Positions 10,034-19,426 of a DNA stretch of 64,000 nucleotides are shown here, in pieces. The notes under the pieces were generated by a model. It was not told the origin of the DNA. It did no database searches and was given only the letters and a program-made list of their open reading frames with translations. The position numbers and the translations under genes are program-made. Position 1 is the stretch's first letter, and every line of letters begins with the position of its first letter. This DNA comes from an uncultured Chromatiales bacterium (GTDB lineage: Bacteria > Pseudomonadota > Gammaproteobacteria > SZUA-140): assembly GCA_964437335.1 (NCBI GenBank), contig CAYTGL010000011.1, positions 6,990 to 70,989 on the forward strand. The letters run 5' to 3'.

Positions 10034-10452
10034 CCGTTCTCGATTTCTTTCTCGTCATGTTGTACGGGAAACACACCTCGACCACTGTCAGATCGTTCGA
10101 TGGCTCCGGCCAACACAATCGGCGATAATCTTTGAAGAAGTTCAAGTAGGTCAGGCCAATCGAACACTCGCACCACGCAGCTTTGATACATCGTCACAAT
10201 CGTTACAATCCATGCTGGAGTCTCCTTGAGGTGACGACTAGCGGATGAGCCACGAACATACTCCCAGAGAGAGAAACAAAAGCTGTTCGTGCCGCCGTAT
10301 TGCTTAGTCTCCATATAGCCAAAATCTGGAAGGTATGAACTCCATTCACCTCTGAATTCATCTTCACCAAAGTAGACCGAGGAAACCGATATAAAATGGC
10401 CATTCTTGAAGATGTAGTGGTCTTGAGACAAGGCATGCACTCCTAAAGACAA
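10030..10452 (-). CDS. Hypothetical protein (140 aa) embedded between brxC and pglX
   Basis: Stop overlaps the pglX start by 4 bp (10030-10033); the segment is visibly AT-richer than the flanking BREX genes; no recognisable motif. Confidence 0.5.
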   Translation of the reverse strand: MSLGVHALSQDHYIFKNGHFISVSSVYFGEDEFRGEWSSYLPDFGYMETKQYGGTNSFCFSLWEYVRGSSASRHLKETPAWIVTIVTMYQSCVVRVFDWPDLLELLQRLSPIVLAGAIERSDSGRGVFPVQHDEKEIENG

Positions 10453-10472
10453 CGGTGATTCGATTTAGGCTC

Positions 10473-13400
10473 CTACCGAATTTGAACCCGTTCACCCCTA
10501 GCGACAGCTTCTTCCAACTCTCTTCGCAAGGCATCCAGGAAGCCTTCAACGTCTTCCTGAGTTTCCAGGTACGTTGTCTTAACCATGGACGATGGCCTTA
10601 TTTCTTTGCGTGGCTTGACTACCACAACTGGCTCATCGCTCTTCTTCGTCTGCTCGTGCTTCTTCTTGAGAAACTCGTCGATCTTCGCCAATGCCCCATC
10701 GAGTGCCCGCTCCGCTTCCTGCACAGCCTGGGCAATGTGGGCCACGCTTTCTTGCTTCTCAACCGACTTTCGCAGTGACTCCAACGGCCCTAAGCAGCTT
10801 GAGCGGAGACTCTCTTCACTACCGAACTTCTCGACCTCCTGCGTAAGCTGTGACTGCAACTCATTGATGCGGGCCAGGGCCTCGACTCGTCGTTGGCTGA
10901 CAATGGCCGAATTGGTCCCCTCGACCGTCGTGATTAGTGCTTCGGCCTCATGGACGAGGTTGTAGGGGCTGGGGGCAGAAAGGATTTCTTGCATTCTCCC
11001 TAACGATTTGCGGGCCTTTTCGTCCCGTTCCAATTCCAACCTATTCAGGCCGAAGCGGTCGTGGGCCTTGCGTAGCTTTTCCCAGGTCGGCTTTTGATAC
11101 CGGTAGAAGTTGTCGATGTCGTGGAACTCTTCCGCCAAGTCAAGTAGTTCGGCTTTGTTCTCGATGAATCGAGCTATAAACTTACCCGGCTCGTCGGCAG
11201 CCAAGAGTGCCTTGATGACTAACAGGCCGTCCGTGATCTCGGTTTGGCCTGGGTAGTTGCCCGTGTCGGCCAGAGTCTTGTATTGCAACAGCGACGACTG
11301 CCAAGCCTGGCACTTCCCCTTAAGGAACTCGAATAGCCCGTCTTCGCTGTCTGGTCCCATTTCGGAGAAAACGTCTTTGCCCAGGTTGCGACATTGTTGC
11401 AGCACCTTGGGATCGGTCATTTTGCGACGGACGACGGTGATGCTTCGCTGCTTGCGGGGAGCAGTGATGTTCTCGAACACCTTGTCCATAGCGATGGAAG
11501 CACCGTTGGTCACTAATTGGATTTCCCCCAACACAAGCAACCTGGCGACAAGGATCAGCACTTCATCGTTTGACCAGCCATACGGTCGCTTTTCATAGCG
11601 GTCGAGCATGTCGAACAATACGACGGGGTGATTGGCCCGATCTGAGAGGCCAATGAACTCACGCACTTCCTCCAGCGCCCGGTCGTTGACGCCCGACATG
11701 GCTGCCTTTTGAATGTCGTTGGCTCGCAGAATCGCTTGCAGTTCTCGCTTTGGCTCATCACTGAACTTGGTGACGTAGGCCATCTTGGAGAAGCTGTTGT
11801 CGATTAGATACTCCAGCGACTCGTCCAAAGCCGTGAGCGGTGCCGATGATTTGATGTCCACTCGTTGGCCGGCAGCGAAGTATGTGGCGTCGGCCATCAG
11901 ATTACCGAGCAGTTGTCGCAGCCGCTCCCGGCGTTCCCGATTATCATCGGCCATGGCTCGGTGGATGCGTTTGGTCGTCTCCGGCAGTGTATCGTCCGAT
12001 TTGGCTCGCAGGAACTTCTCAGTTTGGAGGTACTGCCGTAGTTCACGGGCCAGGTTGGGATCGTCGTTGATCTTTATGATGATTTGCCCGCCATCCTGGC
12101 CACTTTCCCGTTGGAACCGAGCGTCTTCGAACAACTCAGGGTCGGCTTCCCCCAATGGCGTGAAGACCTGAACGGTTAGGTCTTTGTCCACTCGGCTGCC
12201 GTAGGGAAAAGCATCGCAAACTCGATTGAACGAAAAGTCCATTTTGTTCGCTTGGTAGCGATGTTTGCGTGTGCCCTTGAGAACATCATCGAAGACAATT
12301 TCTCCCAGTACCTTGGCTTCTTCGCTGCTGGAGAGATCGACCGACTTGATCTCCCGGTTAATGTCCCGTTCTTCATTGGTGAGGAAGAAGAAGTTATCGC
12401 CGCTACGGTTGATCAGCGTTTCTTTTTCCAGCCGCAGCAGCGACTCCTCGATTCGCTTCTTGAGCGCCAATCGGTCGGCGTCAATCTCATCGATGCAGAG
12501 GGTGGTCAGATTATCGATGTTTCCTCGAATTTCATCCACGTAGCGAATGAGGAACAATACCCGCAGAACGTCGATGTCGAAAGGCTTGAGGCTGGCGTTC
12601 TCCTGAGCCTGGTCGATGGTTCGTTTGACGGCAGTGTCGAGGAAAGATTCGATGGACGGATAGAAGCGGTACAGTGGCACCAGCACACCAACTTCGGCAT
12701 CGGCAACGGCTTTACCTGCCGATTGAAAGGCGTCGAGGATCGACCGCTCACCCCGAGATAGGTGTAGACCTGTTGCCCCCGCTTTGCGAATCGCCTCAAA
12801 AATGCGCTGCACTAATTGGAACTGGTAAGGGGCAAACGGATAGTTACGGCAAAAGTCGTCGCTATCCTTGTACTTATTGAAGGTCATCCCTACGTTGTGG
12901 AACGAAAGCTGGTTGCGAAGGATGTCTCCCTTCTCCCGAAAGATGTCTTCCAGCTTGCCTTGCACGGCGTCCCACTTCGCTAACAGCCGCTCCTGAATGA
13001 CTTCGTCCACGTTGGCGCTGGAGAGCGATAAGCGGGTCTTGAATCGGCCTTGAATCTTGGAAAAGTCGTGCGACTTTGTGCTGCGCAAATCTCCCAGCAC
13101 GGCGTCGATATCTTCCTGAGAGGTAACCACCACCCACGCTCGGCCATTACACATGGTTCCCAGGTCTTCGGTGATCGTTTGCAAATTGAGCATCAGATGG
13201 GTATCGCCACCGATAAACTGGCCGACTTCATCGACGAGGAAGATAATGCGATGTTCCGGCCCTTGGCGGTCGAGGTATTCCTTCACCCATTTGCAGAAGT
13301 TCTCGACTGTGAGGGAGAAGTTGTCTTCGGCTTTGTCGATCCACTTTGCACAAGATTCCTTGGACTGCCCAAGTGTAGCGGCCAGTGCCTCGACCACTTC

Positions 13401-14036
13401 GTCCCGGTTAAACTCATAGGCGTCCCGTTCAGCGAGCCAGTTATTGCCCGTGGCCTTTTCAAACGCTTTGTGAAATGTGGGGAGCAGCCCTTTTTCGTCG
13501 AGGTATCGCTCCATGTGGGCGATGTGAGGATGATCGGGGCTGTAGCCCTGCATTTCGTTCAGGACTTTCAGGAAGACGGCCAATATGGCATCTCGTCCGG
13601 CCCGAGTATCCGCCTTGCTGTCGATATTGAACAGGATGACATCGGTATGGGAGCCAACGGCCCGCTTGATGTCGCCGTAGAGCATGGCGTCCTTGACCTT
13701 GCTCTCGAAGAAATCGACGGCTGGCTTGGACTCACCATTGTGCTGATGCGCCTCGTTAGCAAGCAGGTAGGACAAGATCTTGATGAAGTGCGATTTGCCC
13801 GAGCCAAAGAAGCCCGATATCCAAACGCCGATCCGCCCCGACAGATCTGTGTCCTTAGGGTGGTCAATCGCCTCCACATAGGAGGAGAAGAACTTGCGGA
13901 AGTGCTGGTCGAGTTCCTTGGTAACTACGAACTCATCTAATTCTTGCCAGACGGTGTTTTCATCTAGCTGGTCCGCTTTCACGACGCCGTTGATTGGACG
14001 GTCAATCGGCTTCCTAAATAGCTCGTTGATCTGCAT
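10473..14036 (-). CDS. brxC: BREX ATPase BrxC (PglY-like)
   Basis: P-loop GFFGSGKSHFIKILSYLL. The conserved BrxC N-terminus MQINELFRKPIDRPINGVVKADQ begins at the internal Met at ~14036; the ORF-track start at 14213 would overlap brxB by 165 bp, so the internal start is preferred (position +/-1 nt). Confidence 0.88.
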   Translation of the reverse strand: MQINELFRKPIDRPINGVVKADQLDENTVWQELDEFVVTKELDQHFRKFFSSYVEAIDHPKDTDLSGRIGVWISGFFGSGKSHFIKILSYLLANEAHQHNGESKPAVDFFESKVKDAMLYGDIKRAVGSHTDVILFNIDSKADTRAGRDAILAVFLKVLNEMQGYSPDHPHIAHMERYLDEKGLLPTFHKAFEKATGNNWLAERDAYEFNRDEVVEALAATLGQSKESCAKWIDKAEDNFSLTVENFCKWVKEYLDRQGPEHRIIFLVDEVGQFIGGDTHLMLNLQTITEDLGTMCNGRAWVVVTSQEDIDAVLGDLRSTKSHDFSKIQGRFKTRLSLSSANVDEVIQERLLAKWDAVQGKLEDIFREKGDILRNQLSFHNVGMTFNKYKDSDDFCRNYPFAPYQFQLVQRIFEAIRKAGATGLHLSRGERSILDAFQSAGKAVADAEVGVLVPLYRFYPSIESFLDTAVKRTIDQAQENASLKPFDIDVLRVLFLIRYVDEIRGNIDNLTTLCIDEIDADRLALKKRIEESLLRLEKETLINRSGDNFFFLTNEERDINREIKSVDLSSSEEAKVLGEIVFDDVLKGTRKHRYQANKMDFSFNRVCDAFPYGSRVDKDLTVQVFTPLGEADPELFEDARFQRESGQDGGQIIIKINDDPNLARELRQYLQTEKFLRAKSDDTLPETTKRIHRAMADDNRERRERLRQLLGNLMADATYFAAGQRVDIKSSAPLTALDESLEYLIDNSFSKMAYVTKFSDEPKRELQAILRANDIQKAAMSGVNDRALEEVREFIGLSDRANHPVVLFDMLDRYEKRPYGWSNDEVLILVARLLVLGEIQLVTNGASIAMDKVFENITAPRKQRSITVVRRKMTDPKVLQQCRNLGKDVFSEMGPDSEDGLFEFLKGKCQAWQSSLLQYKTLADTGNYPGQTEITDGLLVIKALLAADEPGKFIARFIENKAELLDLAEEFHDIDNFYRYQKPTWEKLRKAHDRFGLNRLELERDEKARKSLGRMQEILSAPSPYNLVHEAEALITTVEGTNSAIVSQRRVEALARINELQSQLTQEVEKFGSEESLRSSCLGPLESLRKSVEKQESVAHIAQAVQEAERALDGALAKIDEFLKKKHEQTKKSDEPVVVVKPRKEIRPSSMVKTTYLETQEDVEGFLDALRRELEEAVARGERVQIR

Positions 14037-14047
14037 CGCCCCTGCTC

Positions 14048-14623
14048 CTATGGAATTAGCCGAAAGGCACGGTAGTAGTTGTCGCTTCTGATTTTTCCGA
14101 ATAGCCTCAGTACAGTGCCGTCGTAGTTGCCGGGGTAAAACGTCACCAGTGGCGTATCCCCCATGATCGAATGGAGGTTGTTTAGTAGAGAGTGCGAACG
14201 AAGGATCGGCCACACGCTGCCGATGCCTGAGAGCAACACGAGGTCTTGCTCTTTCGGTTGGACTTTCACCTCAAACAGCGGCGCTAGTTTCTGCGGGTGA
14301 AGGATCTTCTCCAATTGCCGCAGGACGAAATCGTCGCCTTTGGTCTTCTGGACTTCCAGCGTTTTGTCCAGCAATTTCCGTTCACGCAAATGTTCGATCA
14401 CAAAGTCGAACAGATTGACATGCGTGATATTCATGCCCGACCTGTGCTTGGGGGCGTGCTCCATCAGGAAGGCAATGTGCTTGCGAACTCGCAGTTCCTC
14501 TTCCGGTGGATAGTCGAAAATGAAGAAGGCGATCTCGTTGCCCAGGCCACGACCGCTGAGGAAGTCATCCGAAGTGATCCGGGGCAAAATTTGATTCAGG
14601 CGTTCTTCAAAGTTGGTCGTCAT
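14048..14623 (-). CDS. brxB: BREX protein BrxB (DUF1788)
   Basis: 191 aa; N-terminus MTTNFEERLNQILPRITSDDFLSGRGLGNEIAFFIFDYPPEEE is typical DUF1788/BrxB; 4-bp overlap with brxA. Confidence 0.85.
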   Translation of the reverse strand: MTTNFEERLNQILPRITSDDFLSGRGLGNEIAFFIFDYPPEEELRVRKHIAFLMEHAPKHRSGMNITHVNLFDFVIEHLRERKLLDKTLEVQKTKGDDFVLRQLEKILHPQKLAPLFEVKVQPKEQDLVLLSGIGSVWPILRSHSLLNNLHSIMGDTPLVTFYPGNYDGTVLRLFGKIRSDNYYRAFRLIP

Positions 14624-15210
14624 GTTCCCACCTGAATGCAGCGGAGGACGTATTCTTCGTGTTGCTTATCCAGGTAGCGAAGCACGGGTTTGGCGATGTG
14701 GACCCGCTGAAGTTTACGGGTCTTGGTGCTGTCGATGTAGCCGACCTCTGCCAGGACGGTGTAAACCGACGAACGCAACCGCATGATCGTTGACTCCGCC
14801 CACTGCGGCATGTCGGGATCACGGCCCCGGCAGTCCTCGATGAAATCGTTCCAGACGTTGAGCGAAAGCGATTCTTTGAACGTGCGGTACTGGTCCCGCA
14901 CCACCAGGTCGAGGAAGTCGCCCAGGAGATTGCTGGCCTTTACTGCTGCGGCCAGGCAGGCGTGTGTCGCCTCGGTGCTTGAGCCGTCCCGAACCAGTCT
15001 CCAAAGCGGGGCTTCGACGGAGGAGAGGCGACCACGGATGAGAACCGAAAGCCGCTTGGCGGTTTTCGGGCTGCGGGCCTGGAGGGCGTTCTTCTCGTAT
15101 ATTGCCGCCCGCCATTCCCGGCTGCTGACCTCCCGCAAAAGGAGATCGGCGACTACCCTACTTTCGGGTAGTTTCAACGCTCCTGCGGTTATGTCGGCGC
15201 TGTAACGCAT
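14620..15210 (-). CDS. brxA: BREX protein BrxA (DUF1819)
   Basis: 196 aa; first gene of the operon; MRYSADITAGALKLPESRVVADLLL is the BrxA-type N-terminus. Confidence 0.85.
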   Translation of the reverse strand: MRYSADITAGALKLPESRVVADLLLREVSSREWRAAIYEKNALQARSPKTAKRLSVLIRGRLSSVEAPLWRLVRDGSSTEATHACLAAAVKASNLLGDFLDLVVRDQYRTFKESLSLNVWNDFIEDCRGRDPDMPQWAESTIMRLRSSVYTVLAEVGYIDSTKTRKLQRVHIAKPVLRYLDKQHEEYVLRCIQVGT

Positions 15211-15479
15211 TCTGGCCCCGCTTAATCAGATCGGGAGCCGAAGGCAGCTTCGCCTTCGGAGTCTCCCATCAACGCTTGCAGATTGTAACGGACGACGATT
15301 CGACTGTAAAGTATTTACATAACATCTTTTGTGTTCTACAATCCGGCTTGTTTTTGGCGGTGGCGCTTCCTGGCTGTTCTGGATCACCCTTTTTCGATGA
15401 GGGGCTGAATTGGTTTCCAGGCCCACCAGACGGGTGGTAAGCGGAATCGCCACCACTTCCGTGGTGAGAGGGTGACGAG

Positions 15480-16496
15480 ATGAGCAACCGGATGGCCTTG
15501 GTCGATCCGTATCTGGATGATGTCGAGCAGTGTTCAGGCAATCGCCCTACCAGTTTTGTTTGCCCGATCCTGTTAGAGGAGTCAGCTGGAGTCGAACTTA
15601 TCGACGGTCACATTCTGCCTCAACGGTTGAAGACTGCGGCGAGGGCGACGGTACTCCAGCGCAAGGACGTGGACAACTTCTTCGGCCACACAATTGAGCC
15701 ACCGCTGATCGAATTCTTGAACAGTATCACGCACAACAAAGCCAACTTTTTGGAGCAGGCGAAAGGAATTCAGATTGTAAGCGTGAATGCTGGACCACTC
15801 GATCTTTTCGTCCCCAACCGGAAGTCGAACCCCCCCTTCCCTAAGCTCCGGTTCCAAGACAGCAAGGGGGTGACGATTGCCTCTCGGCACGTCAAAGGGA
15901 CGCTCGCCAACCTTGGCGGCAAAGAGGGATTGGCAGAAGTTCGTGGAAGCATGTCATTCCACAAGCCATCATTGGATGGGGCCTTGCTCAAGTCGCCGCA
16001 TCTAGCGCTGTTCCGCATTGCTGGCTATCGTTGGGCGTTCAGTGCGCCAGGTCGGTATATCGGTACTACGTTGAAGCAGTTCTTTCGTACAGCGGGCGAG
16101 CAATCGGATGCCGAGGCGTTGTTCGCTGAATTCGCAGCAGCCTTTCACGTCATCCTCAATGACACATTCTCCTTCAATACGTTGACCGATTCGACTGTCT
16201 TGCTGCATGACTATTTGGACGATCCGCATTCGGTCGATCCATTTGCAATCTCCTGCGTCTTCGCTGTTAACGACCGCACGATTCTAGTGACATTGCCTTT
16301 CTGCTCTGGCGACTGCGATTTTCCAGCACGGCTTGATGATTATCGACGCCTTTTAAGCGATTGGCAACTGAACCATCGAATTATTCGGGCGACATTGAGT
16401 AAGGATGGCATAAAGCCAGAGTCGATCATCCAGATGAAGTACACGGAGAACCCGCCGCAAGAATTGATTCGGCCAATACGGTGCGAGGAAGAATGA
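15480..16496 (+). CDS. Hypothetical protein (338 aa), divergent from brxA
   Basis: Long ORF with good coding appearance; possible CP...DGHI..P HNH-like pattern near the N-terminus (weak). Confidence 0.55.
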   Translation: MSNRMALVDPYLDDVEQCSGNRPTSFVCPILLEESAGVELIDGHILPQRLKTAARATVLQRKDVDNFFGHTIEPPLIEFLNSITHNKANFLEQAKGIQIVSVNAGPLDLFVPNRKSNPPFPKLRFQDSKGVTIASRHVKGTLANLGGKEGLAEVRGSMSFHKPSLDGALLKSPHLALFRIAGYRWAFSAPGRYIGTTLKQFFRTAGEQSDAEALFAEFAAAFHVILNDTFSFNTLTDSTVLLHDYLDDPHSVDPFAISCVFAVNDRTILVTLPFCSGDCDFPARLDDYRRLLSDWQLNHRIIRATLSKDGIKPESIIQMKYTENPPQELIRPIRCEEE

Positions 16497-16580
16497 ACGC
16501 AACATTCGAGGTCATTGTTATCCCTAATAGGCAGATAACAAGTACATTCAAACAGTAGTCGAATTCGTGGAGCATTTGCT

Positions 16581-17294
16581 ATGAGCAGTTGGCAGGAAAA
16601 AGCACGATCCTCACGGGCCGCTGAATTGGTCCGGTGGTATTTGCGGTTCAACGGCTACTTCTCCATCGAGAACTTCATAATTCACGAGGCAGACGATCCA
16701 AAAAGGATCAAAGATGGATTGATCCCAGAGATGACAGAATTAGACATCGTTGCCGTGCGATTACCATACTCCCTCGAAGATGCGCAAAACATGCTGATGA
16801 TGGCAAATCACGAATTGTTGGTTGATGGCGGAGCGAACAAGATCGACGTTATTCTTGGCGAGATTAAGACCGGGAAGAGCAATTCACCGAATAAGCGATG
16901 GGTCAATGCCAGTCAGCACAAGGGAATGATTGAGTATGTCGTGAGATTCTGTGGAGTGATGCCGGACGGCAAGGCGCTTACTTCGGCGTGCCAGACAATT
17001 TCCAAGCACTACTGTTACAATGCCGAGGCTCACAGAATCAGATATATGATGTTCTGCAACTCGGAGAATGACCGCCACAAGGAGCGGGGGGTGTCGTACA
17101 TAACGTATAAGGCCATCATCGAATTCTTGGTGTCCATTCGTGGTCAAAGCTGGACAGAAGCCGGTGTAGGCGTCGCTTCACGTCATCAACAATGGGATGC
17201 TCGCATTAGCGGCATGTTCAGAATTGCGAACGATGACTCCTTATCAATGGAGAAAAAACTCGAAGCGGTCACGGGCATTTTTGACCTCGGTTGA
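16581..17294 (+). CDS. PD-(D/E)xK nuclease-fold protein (Hjc/NucS-like core)
   Basis: Motif E-x-TELDIVAV ... VILGEIKTGK matches the D ... (D/E)xK active-site arrangement of restriction-endonuclease-fold enzymes. Confidence 0.55.
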   Translation: MSSWQEKARSSRAAELVRWYLRFNGYFSIENFIIHEADDPKRIKDGLIPEMTELDIVAVRLPYSLEDAQNMLMMANHELLVDGGANKIDVILGEIKTGKSNSPNKRWVNASQHKGMIEYVVRFCGVMPDGKALTSACQTISKHYCYNAEAHRIRYMMFCNSENDRHKERGVSYITYKAIIEFLVSIRGQSWTEAGVGVASRHQQWDARISGMFRIANDDSLSMEKKLEAVTGIFDLG

Positions 17295-17414
17295 CGACAT
17301 CTCAGTCTCCGCCCTAACTTCTCCTCCATCTCATATTCGTGGACACCATCTCAGAACTCGCCTGCTGACTCATTGTGGTAGAATCTGCTTTTTTTCCCCA
17401 AAGGACTGTGAACG

Positions 17415-17720
17415 ATGCCTGGTAGTTCTGAAGTAGGCTATTCCGACCGCACCAAGATTCAAATTGATTTCTTTCGTCACCTAACGACATTGAACGCAAG
17501 CGTACTTGGTTTTTATGCAGCGATTTTTCGAGAGAGGGTTAGTTGGATTGTGTGCGGGATCGTGTTGGCTTCTCTAATTGGAAGTCTTGCAACGCAGTTG
17601 ATTTTGGTAATTTGGCCAGTTGACGATAAACTTAAATGGTATCAGTGGGTTCCCATGTTAATGTGCGAGGGGTTGTTTCTTATCGGCGTTGTCGCAGTTC
17701 TATATCATTTAACACGCTGA
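17415..17720 (+). CDS. Small membrane protein (101 aa, two predicted transmembrane helices)
   Basis: Hydrophobic stretches WIVCGIVLASLIGSLATQLILVIW and GLFLIGVVAVLYHL; follows the nuclease gene on the same strand. Confidence 0.45.
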   Translation: MPGSSEVGYSDRTKIQIDFFRHLTTLNASVLGFYAAIFRERVSWIVCGIVLASLIGSLATQLILVIWPVDDKLKWYQWVPMLMCEGLFLIGVVAVLYHLTR

Positions 17721-18265
17721 AGAACTCGACGTCGCTTGCATCACCCAGTTCGAGTTCGACAACTATCAGCAGGTCGTTGATCAGGAGCGACTTTGCATCG
17801 TCTCCAGATCAACTTTCACGTTGTCGGAAGGCTTAAAGGCCACGTTGGGCAAACGATTGACTTCGAATAGCTTGGCGTCGAAGACAATCACAACCGTTTC
17901 GCCGCTACCTTATCCGAGCGGTTTGTTGTCGGCGTTTACCACCGTTGCGTAGACCAATGGTTGGACCAACAGCCCGGCGAGTTCCGCATCCAGGTAAATC
18001 ACTTGCGCCTTGATTCTTTCGAATTCAACGCTACTCAATGAAATTGCTGTGTTGCTCACAGGAAAGGTCTCAACTGGAGCCGCCATCCGTTGTGTGCGAA
18101 ATCGCTCTGATCGTCCGATCCGAGCCTGGCACGACAGCGTTTGGGCAGTATCGGCATACTCAGGAACGGGCCGGATTGCTCGATCAGCGATAACCATTCA
18201 GTATGATGATGTGGGATCAGAAAGAAGAAGCTTTTCGGGTTGCTCACCACCTATCAGGCAGATTT

Positions 18266-19177
18266 TCAATGCCCAGTTGCCTCAGCGCTGTCGCAAGAGC
18301 AGGGCTTTATGCATTGATTGAGCGTGCCGTTCCGAAGGTGGGCGTTTAATTCGGTGATCGTGATTATCTGGCTCGATTGCGGACTTTCCGCTTCTTGAAC
18401 ACGACCGATGAACCATTTGTCTACCGTGCAGATGATCGCCGGAAGTGCGAACAAATAGAGGAGGGAAATATCTATTCCATCATTCTTCCGCTTCTTACTT
18501 GTCGGGTCATAAGAACTGTCCGACTGAGCAGCATGACTGATACGATCCGCTAAGAAATGCCCCAATAGGTCTAGCTTGACAGCGAAGTCGGGTGCTTCGC
18601 CTGACTTTGGTTGTAGTTCAACCAGTACGATCGCTTTGACTTTCTCCGGCGACCAGCCGGCATCTTTTGCAAGGCACTTCATTTTGTCGATGAACTTAAT
18701 CCAGCGATCACGTTCTTCGGAAACCACGTTTTTCGCTAGCGCAAGATCAGCTTTAATGAGGTGAGTTCCTTGAGAATCCTGGTACTTTATTCCCCGCTTC
18801 AAATCATCAGGTGAAGTAGCCGAGACGAGCAATCGCCACATTGCCTGACCGTGAGACTTGCCATCATCGATATTGAACTCGGACTCCGTGAATAGACCTG
18901 CCATTGCTGCCAACATAGGCCCCCCTGGCAGAATTGGCATTTCCGGATCTAGCACGCTGTTCAGTTCGTGAATGCGTTGAGTCCAGTCACCCCAGGTGAT
19001 GCGATTCTCCAAGAGAGCGATCAACAACTCGGCAACCGCCACCTCTGAAATCGAAACAAGAACTAGGTCTCGGTTCTCGCCAATCAACTTAAGATCCGGT
19101 CGTTCAAGATCTTGGTGAATATGTGCTCGCACGGCACAGGTATCAAGTGCTAGTCGAACTGAAGTAGTCAAGCACAT
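18266..19177 (-). CDS. Hypothetical protein (303 aa), possible PIN-like N-terminus
   Basis: N-terminal LALDTCAV resembles the first acidic motif of PIN domains; otherwise unrecognised. Confidence 0.45.
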   Translation of the reverse strand: MCLTTSVRLALDTCAVRAHIHQDLERPDLKLIGENRDLVLVSISEVAVAELLIALLENRITWGDWTQRIHELNSVLDPEMPILPGGPMLAAMAGLFTESEFNIDDGKSHGQAMWRLLVSATSPDDLKRGIKYQDSQGTHLIKADLALAKNVVSEERDRWIKFIDKMKCLAKDAGWSPEKVKAIVLVELQPKSGEAPDFAVKLDLLGHFLADRISHAAQSDSSYDPTSKKRKNDGIDISLLYLFALPAIICTVDKWFIGRVQEAESPQSSQIITITELNAHLRNGTLNQCIKPCSCDSAEATGH

Positions 19178-19426
19178 ACTTGTTCACCTTTTTGCGTCAA
19201 GACGAAGTTTGCCGAGTCTTCCACAATGTAACACGAGCTATTGAACTGTCTGTTGATAATTCGGTTATGCCCCCGACACATAGCTTGTCCGATTGCCCGC
19301 CAACCCAGCCAGGCAGATTCAACGTCGCTTCCATTTCACGAAGGCAAGGCACCACGACCCCGTCCCACCCTGCCGTGAAGCCCATGCTTGGAAAGAATTG
19401 CCCTTGGGTTTCAAGCAAAGTAACAT

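Noticed and set aside
13050-13940. 296-aa + strand ORF
   Set aside because: Antisense to brxC; high-GC antisense frames are commonly open.
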